From assembly GCA_039025515.1 (NCBI GenBank), contig JBCCOI010000001.1:6221-70220 (forward strand): a DNA stretch of 64,000 bases. Reading direction: 5' to 3'. Made by a program: the position numbers and the translations under genes. The notes below the pieces were generated by a model. It saw only the letters and a list, made by a program, of their open reading frames with translations. It had not been told where the DNA came from and searched no databases. The DNA comes from Planctomycetota bacterium (GTDB lineage Bacteria > Planctomycetota > Planctomycetia > Pirellulales > Pirellulaceae). Of this stretch, positions 36,467 to 47,580 are shown one piece after another; position 1 is the first letter of the stretch, and the number at the start of each line of letters is the position of its first letter.

Positions 36467-37141
36467 CTATTGGCCTTTACTTAGCGCCCGAAGGTCACCC
36501 GTGTACTTGCCAAAACGAACCGTTTCAAAGACAGGTGTCGGTGGGTATTTCGCGATTGAGAAAGGACCGAGACGGAATAAGCACGCTCGTCCAAGGTCTC
36601 GAAATCCCATTCGACGCAGGGCGTTGAGCGAGTTCGTATTGGTTGCGTCTGTTGTCAGAATCATGCGAGTGATTCCTCGCGGACGCATCACCTCGGCCAG
36701 AAAACCCATGAGATTCGCGTAGAGCCTCTTGCCACGATGCAAGGGCATAACAAACACGTTGTAGACGAAGCCCGTATCCGGTGGCAGGAAGACCGGCAGC
36801 CCTGCACGAAGGTCACCGTTGTGATTGAATTCGGCAGGGATGTCGCCGGTGGCAATCCACGCATACCCCGCAAGGCTCTGTCCCTGAAACGCTCCAAAGC
36901 AATAAACGCCCTCCGTGGCAAGCTGGCTTCCCTGAGTGTCGTTGAAGAACTCTGGATGAGCCTCGACGAGTTTGCTTACGCCGGTTTCGGTGACTTCAGC
37001 AAAATAGAAGCCTTCGGTCGCAGTCGGCGTTTGTAAGGCGTCGGTTTCGACGCCGAAAACACGACTGATATCCGCAGTACCGAAACGTCGTACGATTCGA
37101 TAGGGCAGGTATCGCATTCGCTCCAGTAGTGTCACAAGCAC
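36467..37141 (-). CDS. GNAT-family acetyltransferase
   Basis: VFVMPLHRGKRLY, N..S......MGF. Confidence 0.75.
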   Translation of the reverse strand: MLVTLLERMRYLPYRIVRRFGTADISRVFGVETDALQTPTATEGFYFAEVTETGVSKLVEAHPEFFNDTQGSQLATEGVYCFGAFQGQSLAGYAWIATGDIPAEFNHNGDLRAGLPVFLPPDTGFVYNVFVMPLHRGKRLYANLMGFLAEVMRPRGITRMILTTDATNTNSLNALRRMGFRDLGRACLFRLGPFSIAKYPPTPVFETVRFGKYTGDLRALSKGQ

Positions 37142-37159
37142 TCCCTTGAATCTGTTTGC

Positions 37160-37444
37160 TTAATGACAACAACTTCCGGACCCACCGCCAGCATTGCGTG
37201 AGACCGGCGGGACAGGTGCGTAGGTTGATTCTGAAACAGGTTGCGACTGATATTCATTCGGGTCGCTTTCTAGATCGTCGTACTGAATTCGTGCGGCAGC
37301 TTGCTCGAAGTAGGCATCCTTCTCCTGTTGACTGACGGTTTGCTGTTTTCTCCACGGTGGCGATGAACAACCGCTGGCACTCAGGACGAGAACTGTGACG
37401 AGAACGACTCCGGTGTGGAGTGATGGAAATGACATAACTGACAT
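37160..37444 (-). CDS. Small lipoprotein ending in CCH
   Basis: Lipobox SASGC, C-terminal GSCCH. Confidence 0.65.
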   Translation of the reverse strand: MSVMSFPSLHTGVVLVTVLVLSASGCSSPPWRKQQTVSQQEKDAYFEQAAARIQYDDLESDPNEYQSQPVSESTYAPVPPVSRNAGGGSGSCCH

Positions 37445-37563
37445 CCTTGTCGTTGGCCGGAAAAAAGGGCAGGGACGGCGTGATGCTTCGTCACACTCGA
37501 AAGCATGAGTCCACAGGACACCGCCCCCGCGTATCGTTCGACGGGCAAACCCGTCTTGTTTCA

Positions 37564-38991
37564 TTACCGGATGACCGGTGCATTGACTCCTTGTTGAGCA
37601 AGAACCGTGAGATACTTTTGTGGCTCGGCAGCGATCTTCTTGGCACAGCCGGGGCAGCAGATGTAGATTGCCTTGCCACTCGCGTTGACTTTGTAGGGGC
37701 CGCCCATTGCATCAAGCGGTTCGTCCATCACGGGGCATTTGTTTTGAGCCGCGACAAACGGGGCGTCGGCTGATGTGACTTTGAAAACACCCGGTCGAAC
37801 CTGATCGGTTCCGGCTGGAACGGCAGCCGCCGTCTTTTGCGTTTGCAAAGCTGGTGGATTCACGCCCTGTCGAGCCAGCACATCGAGATACCTTTGCGGC
37901 TCGGCAGCGATCTTTTTCGCACAACCGGGGCAGCAAATGTAGATCGCTTTGCCATTGGCGTTCACGCGATAAGGTCCACCCATCGCGCCCAGTGGCTCGT
38001 CCATCACCGGGCAAGTCTTTTGAGCCGCGATGAAGGGAGCGTCGGCGGCAGTGACTTTGAAGACACCGGGACGAGCTTGTTCACCAGCAGCGGCTATTGA
38101 GCGGCCTTGCTTCTGATTTCCGTGAACCATCGCCAAGTACTTAGCTGGTTCGGCTTGAACCTTTTTGATGCAACCCTTGCAACAAAGGTAGATGGGCTTA
38201 TCGCCGACCATGACTTTGATTGGTGTCCCCATGCCGCCGAGGGGTTCGTCCATGACGGGGCAAACTTTTTGAGCCGCGATCGCGGCAGCATCTGCTGCGG
38301 TCGAAGTGGTGACCGTAATCTCAGGCCGTCCAGCAGCGTACTTCGCAGGATTCGATTTAATGGCGTTCACGCAACCGCTGCAACAGGCGTAAACAGTCTG
38401 TCCGCTGACATTGACGGCGACTGGTTGGCCCATGCTTCCCAATGGTTTGCCACTGACGGGGCAAATCTTTTGGCGGGCAATTGCCGCAGCCGCAAGCTGT
38501 TGTTCGCTCGCTGGAACAGTTGCGACTTCTGAAAGCTCCAATGGACGACTGCCTGTTCCGGGCAGACCGACAAGCTGCATTTCAACTTCGATCTGTCGTC
38601 CCGCGATTTGGGACAGGTTAACGGGAGCCGTCAACGCTCCTTTTCCGTCCGGCAACAAGTCATAGCGATATCGCTTGGCATTGCCTTCGACACGCAATGA
38701 TGCCGCACCGCGACCTCGTTCAACGGAAATTGGCTGACCGTTACGATCGAAGACGAACATTTTGATTCCGCCCTGTGAAACAACGGTCTCAAATTGAAGT
38801 CCGCCGGACTGTCGAATCGTGCCGCCATTTGGTCCACTCTGCGGAGCGGACTGCTGATTCGGCCCCACGTGTTCAGGCATAGTGTGCCGGTGGCCGTGCG
38901 CTTGGTGCTGCGATTGAGCGTTGGTAATGACAGGTGCCGCAGCAACCAGCATCCATGCCAGTGCAAGTTTTTTGATCGAGTGAATTTTCAT
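37564..38991 (-). CDS. Exported protein with four YHS/TRASH-like repeats
   Basis: 4 x QKxCPV...L..MG...Y.CC.GC; signal peptide. Confidence 0.82.
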   Translation of the reverse strand: MKIHSIKKLALAWMLVAAAPVITNAQSQHQAHGHRHTMPEHVGPNQQSAPQSGPNGGTIRQSGGLQFETVVSQGGIKMFVFDRNGQPISVERGRGAASLRVEGNAKRYRYDLLPDGKGALTAPVNLSQIAGRQIEVEMQLVGLPGTGSRPLELSEVATVPASEQQLAAAAIARQKICPVSGKPLGSMGQPVAVNVSGQTVYACCSGCVNAIKSNPAKYAAGRPEITVTTSTAADAAAIAAQKVCPVMDEPLGGMGTPIKVMVGDKPIYLCCKGCIKKVQAEPAKYLAMVHGNQKQGRSIAAAGEQARPGVFKVTAADAPFIAAQKTCPVMDEPLGAMGGPYRVNANGKAIYICCPGCAKKIAAEPQRYLDVLARQGVNPPALQTQKTAAAVPAGTDQVRPGVFKVTSADAPFVAAQNKCPVMDEPLDAMGGPYKVNASGKAIYICCPGCAKKIAAEPQKYLTVLAQQGVNAPVIR

Positions 38992-39093
38992 CCTTGTTCT
39001 CCCGTAAGGTTTGGGTGTGTATGTGTTCCAAGGGCCTCCGTGACGCTTGGATGCTTGAAGAAACGATTCCTTCACAAACAGTTCAGATTTTTT

Positions 39094-42000
39094 CTAAGCC
39101 GCATTCATGAGTTCCTCCTCCTGCGTTGGAGACATCTCTTCAGTGCCTTCCCACAACGGATCGCTAAATCCGAAACGCATCTTGGTTTCCAAATATGCGG
39201 AATAGAGTGTCGGGACGATGAACGACGTAAACGGTTCCGCCAGCATTCCGCCAAAGACTGGAATGGCCATCGCGCGAGCGACATCGGCACCGCGTCCGGT
39301 TGCAATCAACACGGGAACGAGCGCGGCCAGCGTCGTGACGGTTGTCATCACGCATGGGCGAATTCGTTTGAGTCCAGCGTCATAAACGGTATTGCGAATG
39401 TCCTCGACGCTGCTGACTTTGCGTCGCTTTAGTAACTGGTGAATGTAGGTTGCCATCACGACGCCATCGTCAACGGCCAATCCAAAGAGAGCGATAAAAC
39501 CGACCCAGACGGCAGTGTTTAGTTCAACTTCCATCCACGCGACCAACACCATCCCTCCGGCAAAAGCCACCGGAATGCCGCTGAAAACAGCCATCGAAAT
39601 CGGTAGGTTGCGAAACTCGAAGTAGATCAGCAGCAGATTGATGATGATGACCACCGGGATAATCCACATCAGCCTCGTGTTGGCTTCGATTTGATTTCGG
39701 AAACTCCCGACGGCTTCCAAGGAATAACCTGCGGGCAGGGAAAGTCGTTTCGGGTCAGACGGGGGTAGCAACTGAGCTTCGCGAAGCTGTTCTTCAATCG
39801 CAGTTACTGACTCCAAATCCCCCTTGGCCCCATTTGTCATGAACGATACATGAGCCACCAAGCGGCCGTTTTCGCTGTTGATCGCTCCCGGTCCCCAAGT
39901 AGTTTCCAGCTTGGCAAGCTCTTCGAGCGGCACGACGGCTCCGCTGTGAGTTACCACAGGCAATCGGCTAAGTTGGTCGATGCGTTCTCGCAGGTCTCGG
40001 TTGTACCGCAGCCGCACCGGATAGCGTTCCCGACCTTCGACCGTCTTAATCAGGTTCATTCCGCCAAGTGCCGTTTCAATCACTTGATTGACCATCGAAG
40101 CACTCATGCCGTAGCGGGATGCCGCTTCGCGATTGACCGTGAATTCGATGTATGGCTTGCCCAGCACAATGTCAGGATTGACGGTCCCGGCATTGACCAG
40201 CGGTGAAGTCTTTAAATTCGCAGCAACGTCCATTGCGGCGTCAGCCAGCGTGTCGAGCTTGTCGCCGTAAACGCGAATGGCCATTGGAGCCTTGATGCCC
40301 GATTGCAACATCACGACTCGCCCTTCAATCGGTTGCAAGGCGCTGGCCGGGGTTACGCCCGGAAGCGTGGCGACTTTGTTGATCTCGTCCCATACATCGC
40401 GGGCGGTTACTCCTTCACGCCATTCACTCTCCGGCTTGAGCATGATGTAGGTTTCGACCATTGCAGCGGGGGCCGGATCGAGAGCCGATTCAACTCGCCC
40501 GATTTTTCCGAGCACATCTTTGACTTCTGGAATCTGGCCAATCAGTACATCTTGCGTCTGCAAGACCTGCATCGCCTGTGAAAAGCTCGCGGCGGGATAA
40601 AGCGTTGGCATGTAGAACCAACTGCCCTCATCCAGTGCTATCCAGTCATCGCTTTGAAGTCCGGTGAAAACGTGCTTGGCATCGACGTAGCCCGGAAACT
40701 GGTTGAGATCAGCACCAAAAACGTTGGCGACTTTCTCCACCGGCCGCAGAACTGTCGGCATTCCAATCCATGCTCCGAAACCGATGACCAAAAGCATCGC
40801 TGGAAACGAGAGTGCAAAGACCTTGTGGTTAAGTGCCTGTCGTAGTCGAGCCGCGTAGAGCCAGCGGACGAACCGACTGCTGGGGATTTCTTCGATGGGG
40901 CGAATTCGCTCCCGCAACAACTGCCACGCGAAAACGAATCCGACCAGTGCGGCACCAACGGTGACAATCCATGCGTTGATTCCAAAGTGTTCGGCCAGTC
41001 GTCCTCCCCACATGAAGTGAGCGGCTGCGCCGAGCAATCCGGCGAATCCGATACCCGCGACGAGTGCAGTTCGCTTCCGGTATTTGGCACTGCGAAGCAT
41101 CAAGCGTGACATTGCGGGCACGATTGTCACAGCAGTGATCATCGCGGCAGCGATCGCAAATGTCTTGGTGTAAGCCAGCGGAGAGAACAGCCGATAATCC
41201 CGCCCGGTGAGAAAGAAGACAGGCAAGAAGCTGACAATGGTCGTTGCGACTGCCGTGACAACCGCCGGTGCAACTTCGATTGCCGCTTCGTAAACAACCT
41301 CGACTCGGCTCTTGCGACTCTCAACACTCAATGCCTCTCCATCGGCCTGTTTCCTCTCCCAATCGGCTAGGTGCTGATAGATGTTCTCGGAAACAATGAT
41401 TCCCATATCGACCATCGTGCCAATGGCGATCGCGATTCCCGCCAGCGACATAATGTTCGATTCGACTCCGACCACGTGCATGGCGATGAACGACATCAGC
41501 ACGGCAGCAGGCAAACAAATGGCGACGATGAAGCTGCTGCGTATGTGGAGCAGGAACAGCAGAATAATGACGGCGGTAATGAGAATCTCATCACGCAATG
41601 CGTGCGTCAACGTGGCCATCGTTTCATTGATCAATCCCGTACGGTCGTAGACTCCATGAATGGTGACGCCCTTGAGTGCCGGTTCGATCTGGGCAATCTT
41701 CTCCTTGACGCGATCAATCACGATGCGAGGATTCTCGCCGTAGCGCATCACCACAACACCACCAACCGCTTCGGCTCCGTTGTAATCGAGTGCTCCTCGG
41801 CGAAAGTCGGGGCCAAGCTGAACTTTGGCAACGTCCTGAACGCGAACGGGAACTCCGTCGCGCTGAGTGATCACCGTCTCCTCAATGTCGCGGATAGCTT
41901 TTCGCTGGTCGCCGTCGGTACCGAGAAACCCTTTGCCGCGAACGATGTATTCCATGCCGGTCGTTTCGATGGTCTTGGCTCCAACATCCAAGTTGGAGCC

Positions 42001-42633
42001 TTTGATGGCTTTTGCCAGCGCATCGAGTGGCACGTCGTGAAATCGCAGTTTGTCGGGATCAACCTCGATCTGATACTGCCGAACATAACCGCCGATGGAT
42101 GCGACTTCGCTGACGCCTTCGACCGCTTGGAGTTCGTACTTGATGACGAAGTCCTGCATGCTTCGCAGGTCCGCCAAGCTCATTCCGTCTTTGGGTGGCT
42201 TTAAGGTGTAGTAGTAGATTTGCCCCAGTCCGGTGGCGTCCGGTCCAAGTTGGGGAACAACGCCGTCAGGCAACTGAGACGCTGCCGTGCCAAGCTGTTC
42301 CGAAACGCGGCTTCGTGCCCAATAGAAGTCGATTTCATCCTTGAACGTCACCTGCACAAAGCTGTAGCCGAACATGCTCTTGCCACGAACCGATTCGGCT
42401 CCCGGCACGGCCAGCAGCGAAACGCTGAGCGGATACGTGACTTGGTCTTCGATGTCTTTTGGTGAACGACCGGGCCAAGGCGTCAGAACGATCACTTGGT
42501 TTTCACCGACGTTGGGAATTGCGTCGATCGGAACCGACTGATAGGCAAACCATCCGCCGACGCTCGTGCCCACTGCAAGCAGCAGGACAAGCCAAGGTTC
42601 TTTGACGCAGAATCGAATGATGATGTTGAGCAT
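39094..42633 (-). CDS. cusA: CusA/SilA-type heavy-metal RND permease
   Basis: DAIPNVGENQV, GPDATGLG, AIGTMVD, RIRPCVMT. Confidence 0.93.
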   Translation of the reverse strand: MLNIIIRFCVKEPWLVLLLAVGTSVGGWFAYQSVPIDAIPNVGENQVIVLTPWPGRSPKDIEDQVTYPLSVSLLAVPGAESVRGKSMFGYSFVQVTFKDEIDFYWARSRVSEQLGTAASQLPDGVVPQLGPDATGLGQIYYYTLKPPKDGMSLADLRSMQDFVIKYELQAVEGVSEVASIGGYVRQYQIEVDPDKLRFHDVPLDALAKAIKGSNLDVGAKTIETTGMEYIVRGKGFLGTDGDQRKAIRDIEETVITQRDGVPVRVQDVAKVQLGPDFRRGALDYNGAEAVGGVVVMRYGENPRIVIDRVKEKIAQIEPALKGVTIHGVYDRTGLINETMATLTHALRDEILITAVIILLFLLHIRSSFIVAICLPAAVLMSFIAMHVVGVESNIMSLAGIAIAIGTMVDMGIIVSENIYQHLADWERKQADGEALSVESRKSRVEVVYEAAIEVAPAVVTAVATTIVSFLPVFFLTGRDYRLFSPLAYTKTFAIAAAMITAVTIVPAMSRLMLRSAKYRKRTALVAGIGFAGLLGAAAHFMWGGRLAEHFGINAWIVTVGAALVGFVFAWQLLRERIRPIEEIPSSRFVRWLYAARLRQALNHKVFALSFPAMLLVIGFGAWIGMPTVLRPVEKVANVFGADLNQFPGYVDAKHVFTGLQSDDWIALDEGSWFYMPTLYPAASFSQAMQVLQTQDVLIGQIPEVKDVLGKIGRVESALDPAPAAMVETYIMLKPESEWREGVTARDVWDEINKVATLPGVTPASALQPIEGRVVMLQSGIKAPMAIRVYGDKLDTLADAAMDVAANLKTSPLVNAGTVNPDIVLGKPYIEFTVNREAASRYGMSASMVNQVIETALGGMNLIKTVEGRERYPVRLRYNRDLRERIDQLSRLPVVTHSGAVVPLEELAKLETTWGPGAINSENGRLVAHVSFMTNGAKGDLESVTAIEEQLREAQLLPPSDPKRLSLPAGYSLEAVGSFRNQIEANTRLMWIIPVVIIINLLLIYFEFRNLPISMAVFSGIPVAFAGGMVLVAWMEVELNTAVWVGFIALFGLAVDDGVVMATYIHQLLKRRKVSSVEDIRNTVYDAGLKRIRPCVMTTVTTLAALVPVLIATGRGADVARAMAIPVFGGMLAEPFTSFIVPTLYSAYLETKMRFGFSDPLWEGTEEMSPTQEEELMNAA

Positions 42634-42643
42634 CGTGCTTCTC

Positions 42644-44845
42644 CTAATTCGGCATTCGAGCAATGGATGGAGCCGAATCAGACGCAACGACGGCCATGTC
42701 GCGAACGACTTCACCGCAGCGAAGCATTTCGTCGCCCCAATACGGATTGGCGAGTTCTCCGCCCGGTTGCATCCAGTCGCCACCGCCACCGGGCACCATT
42801 GGGCAGTAATAATGCGTCAGTGCTTTCGCGGTCTTGGGGCCACGAGCGAGGGTGGCTGCTCGAAGCATTCCGTGACTAACCGCTCGATAGGCTTCGCGGG
42901 CAGTTTCCAGCGAGCCATCCATTCGCAAGGCGGCTCGACGCGATTTCGCAATATGTTTTTGAGCGTCGTCGGGAACATCGGCAGACATTTCGAGACGTGC
43001 CAACGAATCCAACAGCGTGTTGAGAGCGACAGGCGGCGGAGTCATGTCTGCTGCCATTGCACACTGAATCTCGAAGTACGCATCGTAGGCTTTGTCAAAG
43101 TCACTCGCGGACTTACCAGCCAGCATGACCGGCTGCGAGTCCGGCAGTTCAAGCGGTCCCGGTGAATAGCTGGGAGCTTTGGACGGGTCCATCAAGGACG
43201 GGTTTCCGGCAAGCTGCATCTGCGAGTCGATCAGGAAATTGCCGCCGGTGGCAACGGTCTCGCCAGCGGCTAACCCTTCAATGATGACCGCATCGTCATC
43301 GTTCATCGGGCCAACCGTCACTCGGCGAATCTCGAATCGACCCGGTTCGGTTTCGACGTAGATCACACCGCTGTCACCAGTTAATAAAACGGAGTCACGC
43401 GGGACGGTTACAACTCGTTGCTCGGGCTGCGGTTCGGTCGCGTAGCCAAGCTGCACTGTTGGCACCAAGTCCATTCCACAAAGTGGGCAGTCACCCGGTT
43501 CATCGCGAATCACTTGAGGGTGCATCGGACTGATGTACTTGCCCGAAAGTGCCGGGTCATAAACCAGTTTGGTGGGTATCGCCGGGACAGTAATGCGAGC
43601 CGTCGCGTAGTCTCCCGGTCGCAATTTGCCGTCGAAGTTCATGACTTCGACGCGGACTCGAACGGTGCGAGTTTTCTTGTTTACCGTAGGGTCGATGAAT
43701 GCCACTCGTCCTGTGAAGACTTCGCCGGGCATCGACTGTATCTCGGCTTCGACTTGCTGACCGAAACGCACGGTCGCCGCATCGTCTGGGAACAGATCAA
43801 GCATCAACCAGACGGAGGTCAGGTCTGCGATACGATAAAGCTTCTGACCAGTCTTAACGTAGTCACCTTCAACAGCGGTCTTTTCAGTGACGGTGCCGCT
43901 TTGAGGTGATTTGATTCGAATACGCGATTGCGGTTTTCGGTTTTTGCGAAGCGTCTCAATCTGCTCGGTCGTCATCCCCAGCTCGCTCAGGTTCTCACGA
44001 GCCATATCCTGCAAGTTGCTGTCGCCGATCTGGAAGCGTTTCGATGAACTCCCTTCTAGGCTGGTGACGAACTCCGTCTGGGCCGAATAAAGCTGCGGGC
44101 TGTAGATCAATGCAAGGTCGTCACCTTCACTAACTTGAACACCGGCGTAGTCAGCGTACATCTTCTCCAAGCGTCCATCGATGTAGGCCGAGATTGTGGA
44201 CAATCGGCTTTCATCAAAGTCAATCGAACCAATGGTGCGAATCGTGCGAGTGACCTGCCCCATCTTGGACATTGCCGTCTGAATCCCGACGAGCCTGCGG
44301 GCCGATGCTTCGATCGTGACGGAAATACCGTCGCCACCACCACCGCTGGTCGCTTCGACAAGCTCCATCGCACAGACAGGACAACGTCCCGGTTCAGTCG
44401 AAGGCGGCGTACACATCATGGGGCAGATGTATCGCTTGTCCTCGCCACCACCGCCTGCTTGAGCGGCGGTTTCATCGGATGAACCCGAGAAGCCGTCAGC
44501 CGTGACCCACTCAGTTCGCTGAGCGACACCGAGCAGAAATAACAGCAACGCTCCAACGGCAACAACACCCGCTGACTTCACACCAAAGCGAATCAGCCAT
44601 GACCAACCGCCAAGCTGAGTTTCGGCGTTTGCGGACGAGCGTTGTACCGTCGAAGCATCTGCCGCAACGGCTGCATCTTCGTTCTCGCTTTCCTGACTGC
44701 TTTCACCAAGCGCATCAAGAGCGTCTTTCGGCTCTGGACTATCTGCCTCTGGCGTTTCAGGGGACGCTTCTTCGTTGTGCTGGTCTTCAGGCGGATTGAC
44801 GGCGTCCTGCTCATCATCCGGTGTTAGTTTCTTGTCGTGTGTCAT
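42644..44845 (-). CDS. cusB: CusB-type RND periplasmic adaptor with CPM/MHP metal sites and C-terminal DUF3347-like domain
   Basis: YICPM..CPVCAM, YSPQL, SPMHP..CPLCGM, YYCPM...NPYWG..MLRCG. Confidence 0.9.
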   Translation of the reverse strand: MTHDKKLTPDDEQDAVNPPEDQHNEEASPETPEADSPEPKDALDALGESSQESENEDAAVAADASTVQRSSANAETQLGGWSWLIRFGVKSAGVVAVGALLLFLLGVAQRTEWVTADGFSGSSDETAAQAGGGGEDKRYICPMMCTPPSTEPGRCPVCAMELVEATSGGGGDGISVTIEASARRLVGIQTAMSKMGQVTRTIRTIGSIDFDESRLSTISAYIDGRLEKMYADYAGVQVSEGDDLALIYSPQLYSAQTEFVTSLEGSSSKRFQIGDSNLQDMARENLSELGMTTEQIETLRKNRKPQSRIRIKSPQSGTVTEKTAVEGDYVKTGQKLYRIADLTSVWLMLDLFPDDAATVRFGQQVEAEIQSMPGEVFTGRVAFIDPTVNKKTRTVRVRVEVMNFDGKLRPGDYATARITVPAIPTKLVYDPALSGKYISPMHPQVIRDEPGDCPLCGMDLVPTVQLGYATEPQPEQRVVTVPRDSVLLTGDSGVIYVETEPGRFEIRRVTVGPMNDDDAVIIEGLAAGETVATGGNFLIDSQMQLAGNPSLMDPSKAPSYSPGPLELPDSQPVMLAGKSASDFDKAYDAYFEIQCAMAADMTPPPVALNTLLDSLARLEMSADVPDDAQKHIAKSRRAALRMDGSLETAREAYRAVSHGMLRAATLARGPKTAKALTHYYCPMVPGGGGDWMQPGGELANPYWGDEMLRCGEVVRDMAVVASDSAPSIARMPN

Positions 44846-45086
44846 GGCAATTCTCGTGACGTACGTGTCCGCTACACGAAGTGATCGTGCGGATGTGCCT
44901 CTGTTACGCGACTGGACAACAGCGGCCCATGTCGCGCAGCATCAAGCTGCATTCATTGCGTTGGCGAAAGCTGCATGAAGCAATCTCGATCGCGTGCTGC
45001 GTGTGCAGCAGGCAACGGTCTTCGGTGCAACTGGCGATACGGAGAACCGCTACGATGTGCGCGCAGAACTCCGCAGAGAAAGCGGG

Positions 45087-45686
45087 CTACAGCCGCCAAA
45101 CGCAGAAAGCAATCTGCGAGAAGTGAGGCTCAATCGGGCGACGAGCACTCTCGAAGCAACCCGAGAGCGGTGGCTGGACTGAAGTTGCGACATCAACGAC
45201 ACAGGCAATGTTGACCGTCAGTACGTCTCGCAACTCCGTGACAGGCGAGCGAGGTACGGGGGCATTGAAAGGCTCGGGAGCCGTGACGCAATGGCAGGCT
45301 GCTGCAAGTACGGCAAAATCAGCAGACTGAACATGCGGAGCGTGGTCGCCCAATGGCTGTTCAGCATCGACAGGAACAGAGTCAACCGGAATCGGACCTT
45401 CCTGTAGCTCCATGCCTGCAAACGGATCGTCGGCAAAAGTCGCGGTGCGGTGCTGACTCTTGTGGCCGTGCCCGCAGCATCCGCCTTCCTCTTTCGTCGC
45501 TTCACCGCTGCAACAGGGGCACTTGGCGGCTTCCGATTGAACCTTGCAACAACCGCAACCTTGGCACGTATATCCCGTCGAAACGCCAGCAGAACAATCC
45601 TGCTGAAGTCCGTACACCAAGCTCGGCTGCATCGTCAGGGCGACGATGAGTAAAAGATTGACGGCGATGTGGGTTGGACGGGCCAT
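45087..45686 (-). CDS. Cys/His-rich exported leader protein upstream of cusBA
   Basis: Signal-like N-terminus, CQGCGCC, CPCC, CCGHGH, ends FCVWRL. Confidence 0.65.
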   Translation of the reverse strand: MARPTHIAVNLLLIVALTMQPSLVYGLQQDCSAGVSTGYTCQGCGCCKVQSEAAKCPCCSGEATKEEGGCCGHGHKSQHRTATFADDPFAGMELQEGPIPVDSVPVDAEQPLGDHAPHVQSADFAVLAAACHCVTAPEPFNAPVPRSPVTELRDVLTVNIACVVDVATSVQPPLSGCFESARRPIEPHFSQIAFCVWRL

Positions 45687-45726
45687 GTGAGTTATTCGGA
45701 AGTTTCCTTCAATCCGATCCGATGAT

Positions 45727-45743
45727 ATACCCTGTGACGGTAT
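45727..45743. promoter_or_regulatory. CsoR-type operator in the divergent cus/tolC promoter region
   Basis: ATACCCTGTGACGGTAT. Confidence 0.72.
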
Positions 45744-45838
45744 ATGGAGTATATCGGAACTTTGGCCGATTGGTACAAGTCCAATTTGGCACAACAGGCA
45801 AGAACGCCAAGTTACTGTAGTCTGCGGAGCAGCGATTC

Positions 45839-47482
45839 ATGGGAATTCGACATTCAAATCCATCTGCGAAAAGCCGGAGACGGCTGCTGTTGGTGGGACT
45901 CATGGCATTCTCCGTTGGTGGCTGTGCGACATCTCGTGACGCATTGCAGACCGATTTATCGCACGCAAGGCCAGTGCCCCGGGCCATAGCCGCCAGCGGG
46001 GATGCCTTTGATACGAAGAATGAATCCGAACATTCCGCATCCAAGCCAACTCCGCCCGTGCAGACGGTTGGGTACGACGAAGAACTGGTGATTTCGTCAC
46101 CACTGCGTCTCGCTTTGCAATCTGAGGGAGACGAGAACTCAGACAATGAAAACGAAGAAGCCGAAGGCGAAGCGTCGGATGATGGTGCGACCGACGAAGG
46201 CGAGGCGGCCAAAGACAGTTCGGTTGAACTTGTTGAGCCGATTCCGTTGGGCGTTGCCAGCGACGGCAACGTCACTCAGCAACCCGTTAGCTACTTCGTA
46301 TCCACAGCGCTTGCGAATCATCCCAAGATTCGAGCCGCACGCAATCGTGTCGCTGCTGCTTCCAACGTCATTCCCCAAGCACGTGCTCTGCCCGATCCAA
46401 AGTTTGGCAACACCTTCTGGCCCATTCAGGATCAGGCACTGCAAACGGCAGGTGGTCGGGTGGGACATCAGTTCCAGCTTTCGCAAGGTGTGCCGTGGCC
46501 CGAAAAGTTGAGCACCAAGGCGGCGATTGCCAGCCGCGAAGTTCAAATGGCTCAGGCCGAAGTGCAGCAGATTGAACGTGAGATCACCGAATCGGTTCGA
46601 CTGGCCTATTACGAAGTCTGGTTCGCAACCCGAGCAATCGCGATCATCGAGGAAACCCGCGAACTGGTGGACGATCTGACGAATGTCGCGGAGGCTCGCT
46701 ACAAAAGTGGCGGAACTCAACAGGATGTTCTGCGAGCACAACTCGAAGCGGATCGACTAGACGACCAGCTTGTCGGTTTGCGAAAACAGAAAGAACAGGC
46801 CCAAGCCGATCTCGCGGCGTTGCTACAGCAGCCAGTGTCGCTCATTCCTGAGACACAACAAGACATTGGCCTGACCGATGCCCCCAAGCAACTCGATGAA
46901 CTTCTCGGCCTTGCGGAACAGTGCAGCCCGGAGCTTCGCGCTTTGGCTTGGGAGATTCAACGTGACCGGCAAAAGCAGCGGCTCGCTTGTCTTCAGAAGT
47001 ACCCGGACTTCAATCTCGGCTTGAACTACTCGATCATTAACGATGACACCAACGTCATTAGTCCAGTCGCCAACGGCCACGATAACATCAGCTTCGTTGT
47101 CGGTGTGACGCTTCCCATCTGGCGTGAGAAAATCAACGCAGGAATCCGTGAGGCGTCTCATCGAACGAGCAGCACGACGCAACGGCTGGAAGCCGAACGC
47201 GATGCGATTCAGGGTAAACTTCGCCGCTTGATGGCTCAGGCAGACGCCTTGGTTGAGCAGGAAGGAATCTACGAGGACCGAATTATTCCTCGAACCGAAG
47301 ACACGCTCAAACTGTCGATCGCCGATTATCGTGGAAAGCGAACTGATTTCTTCACGCTGATTGAGACTTACCGGGAACTGCTGATGTTCGAGACTCAGTT
47401 GGCACGCATCGAAGCCACACTGGCCGGGACGATCGCTCAGATTGAACGCACCGTCGGCTGCCCGTACGGCGGAGAGGGTTAA
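45839..47482 (+). CDS. TolC-family outer membrane lipoprotein (CusC-like)
   Basis: Lipobox VGGC, ALANHPKI, LPDP, TLPIW. Confidence 0.88.
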   Translation: MGIRHSNPSAKSRRRLLLVGLMAFSVGGCATSRDALQTDLSHARPVPRAIAASGDAFDTKNESEHSASKPTPPVQTVGYDEELVISSPLRLALQSEGDENSDNENEEAEGEASDDGATDEGEAAKDSSVELVEPIPLGVASDGNVTQQPVSYFVSTALANHPKIRAARNRVAAASNVIPQARALPDPKFGNTFWPIQDQALQTAGGRVGHQFQLSQGVPWPEKLSTKAAIASREVQMAQAEVQQIEREITESVRLAYYEVWFATRAIAIIEETRELVDDLTNVAEARYKSGGTQQDVLRAQLEADRLDDQLVGLRKQKEQAQADLAALLQQPVSLIPETQQDIGLTDAPKQLDELLGLAEQCSPELRALAWEIQRDRQKQRLACLQKYPDFNLGLNYSIINDDTNVISPVANGHDNISFVVGVTLPIWREKINAGIREASHRTSSTTQRLEAERDAIQGKLRRLMAQADALVEQEGIYEDRIIPRTEDTLKLSIADYRGKRTDFFTLIETYRELLMFETQLARIEATLAGTIAQIERTVGCPYGGEG

Positions 47483-47580
47483 GAAACGCGGCCCATTCTC
47501 GGTGTCTGCCAAGTCCGAAAGTCGAGGCTACTTTACCGCAAAATGAGCCGCGTCCACCGGCCGGTGCAGATCACCCGGAT

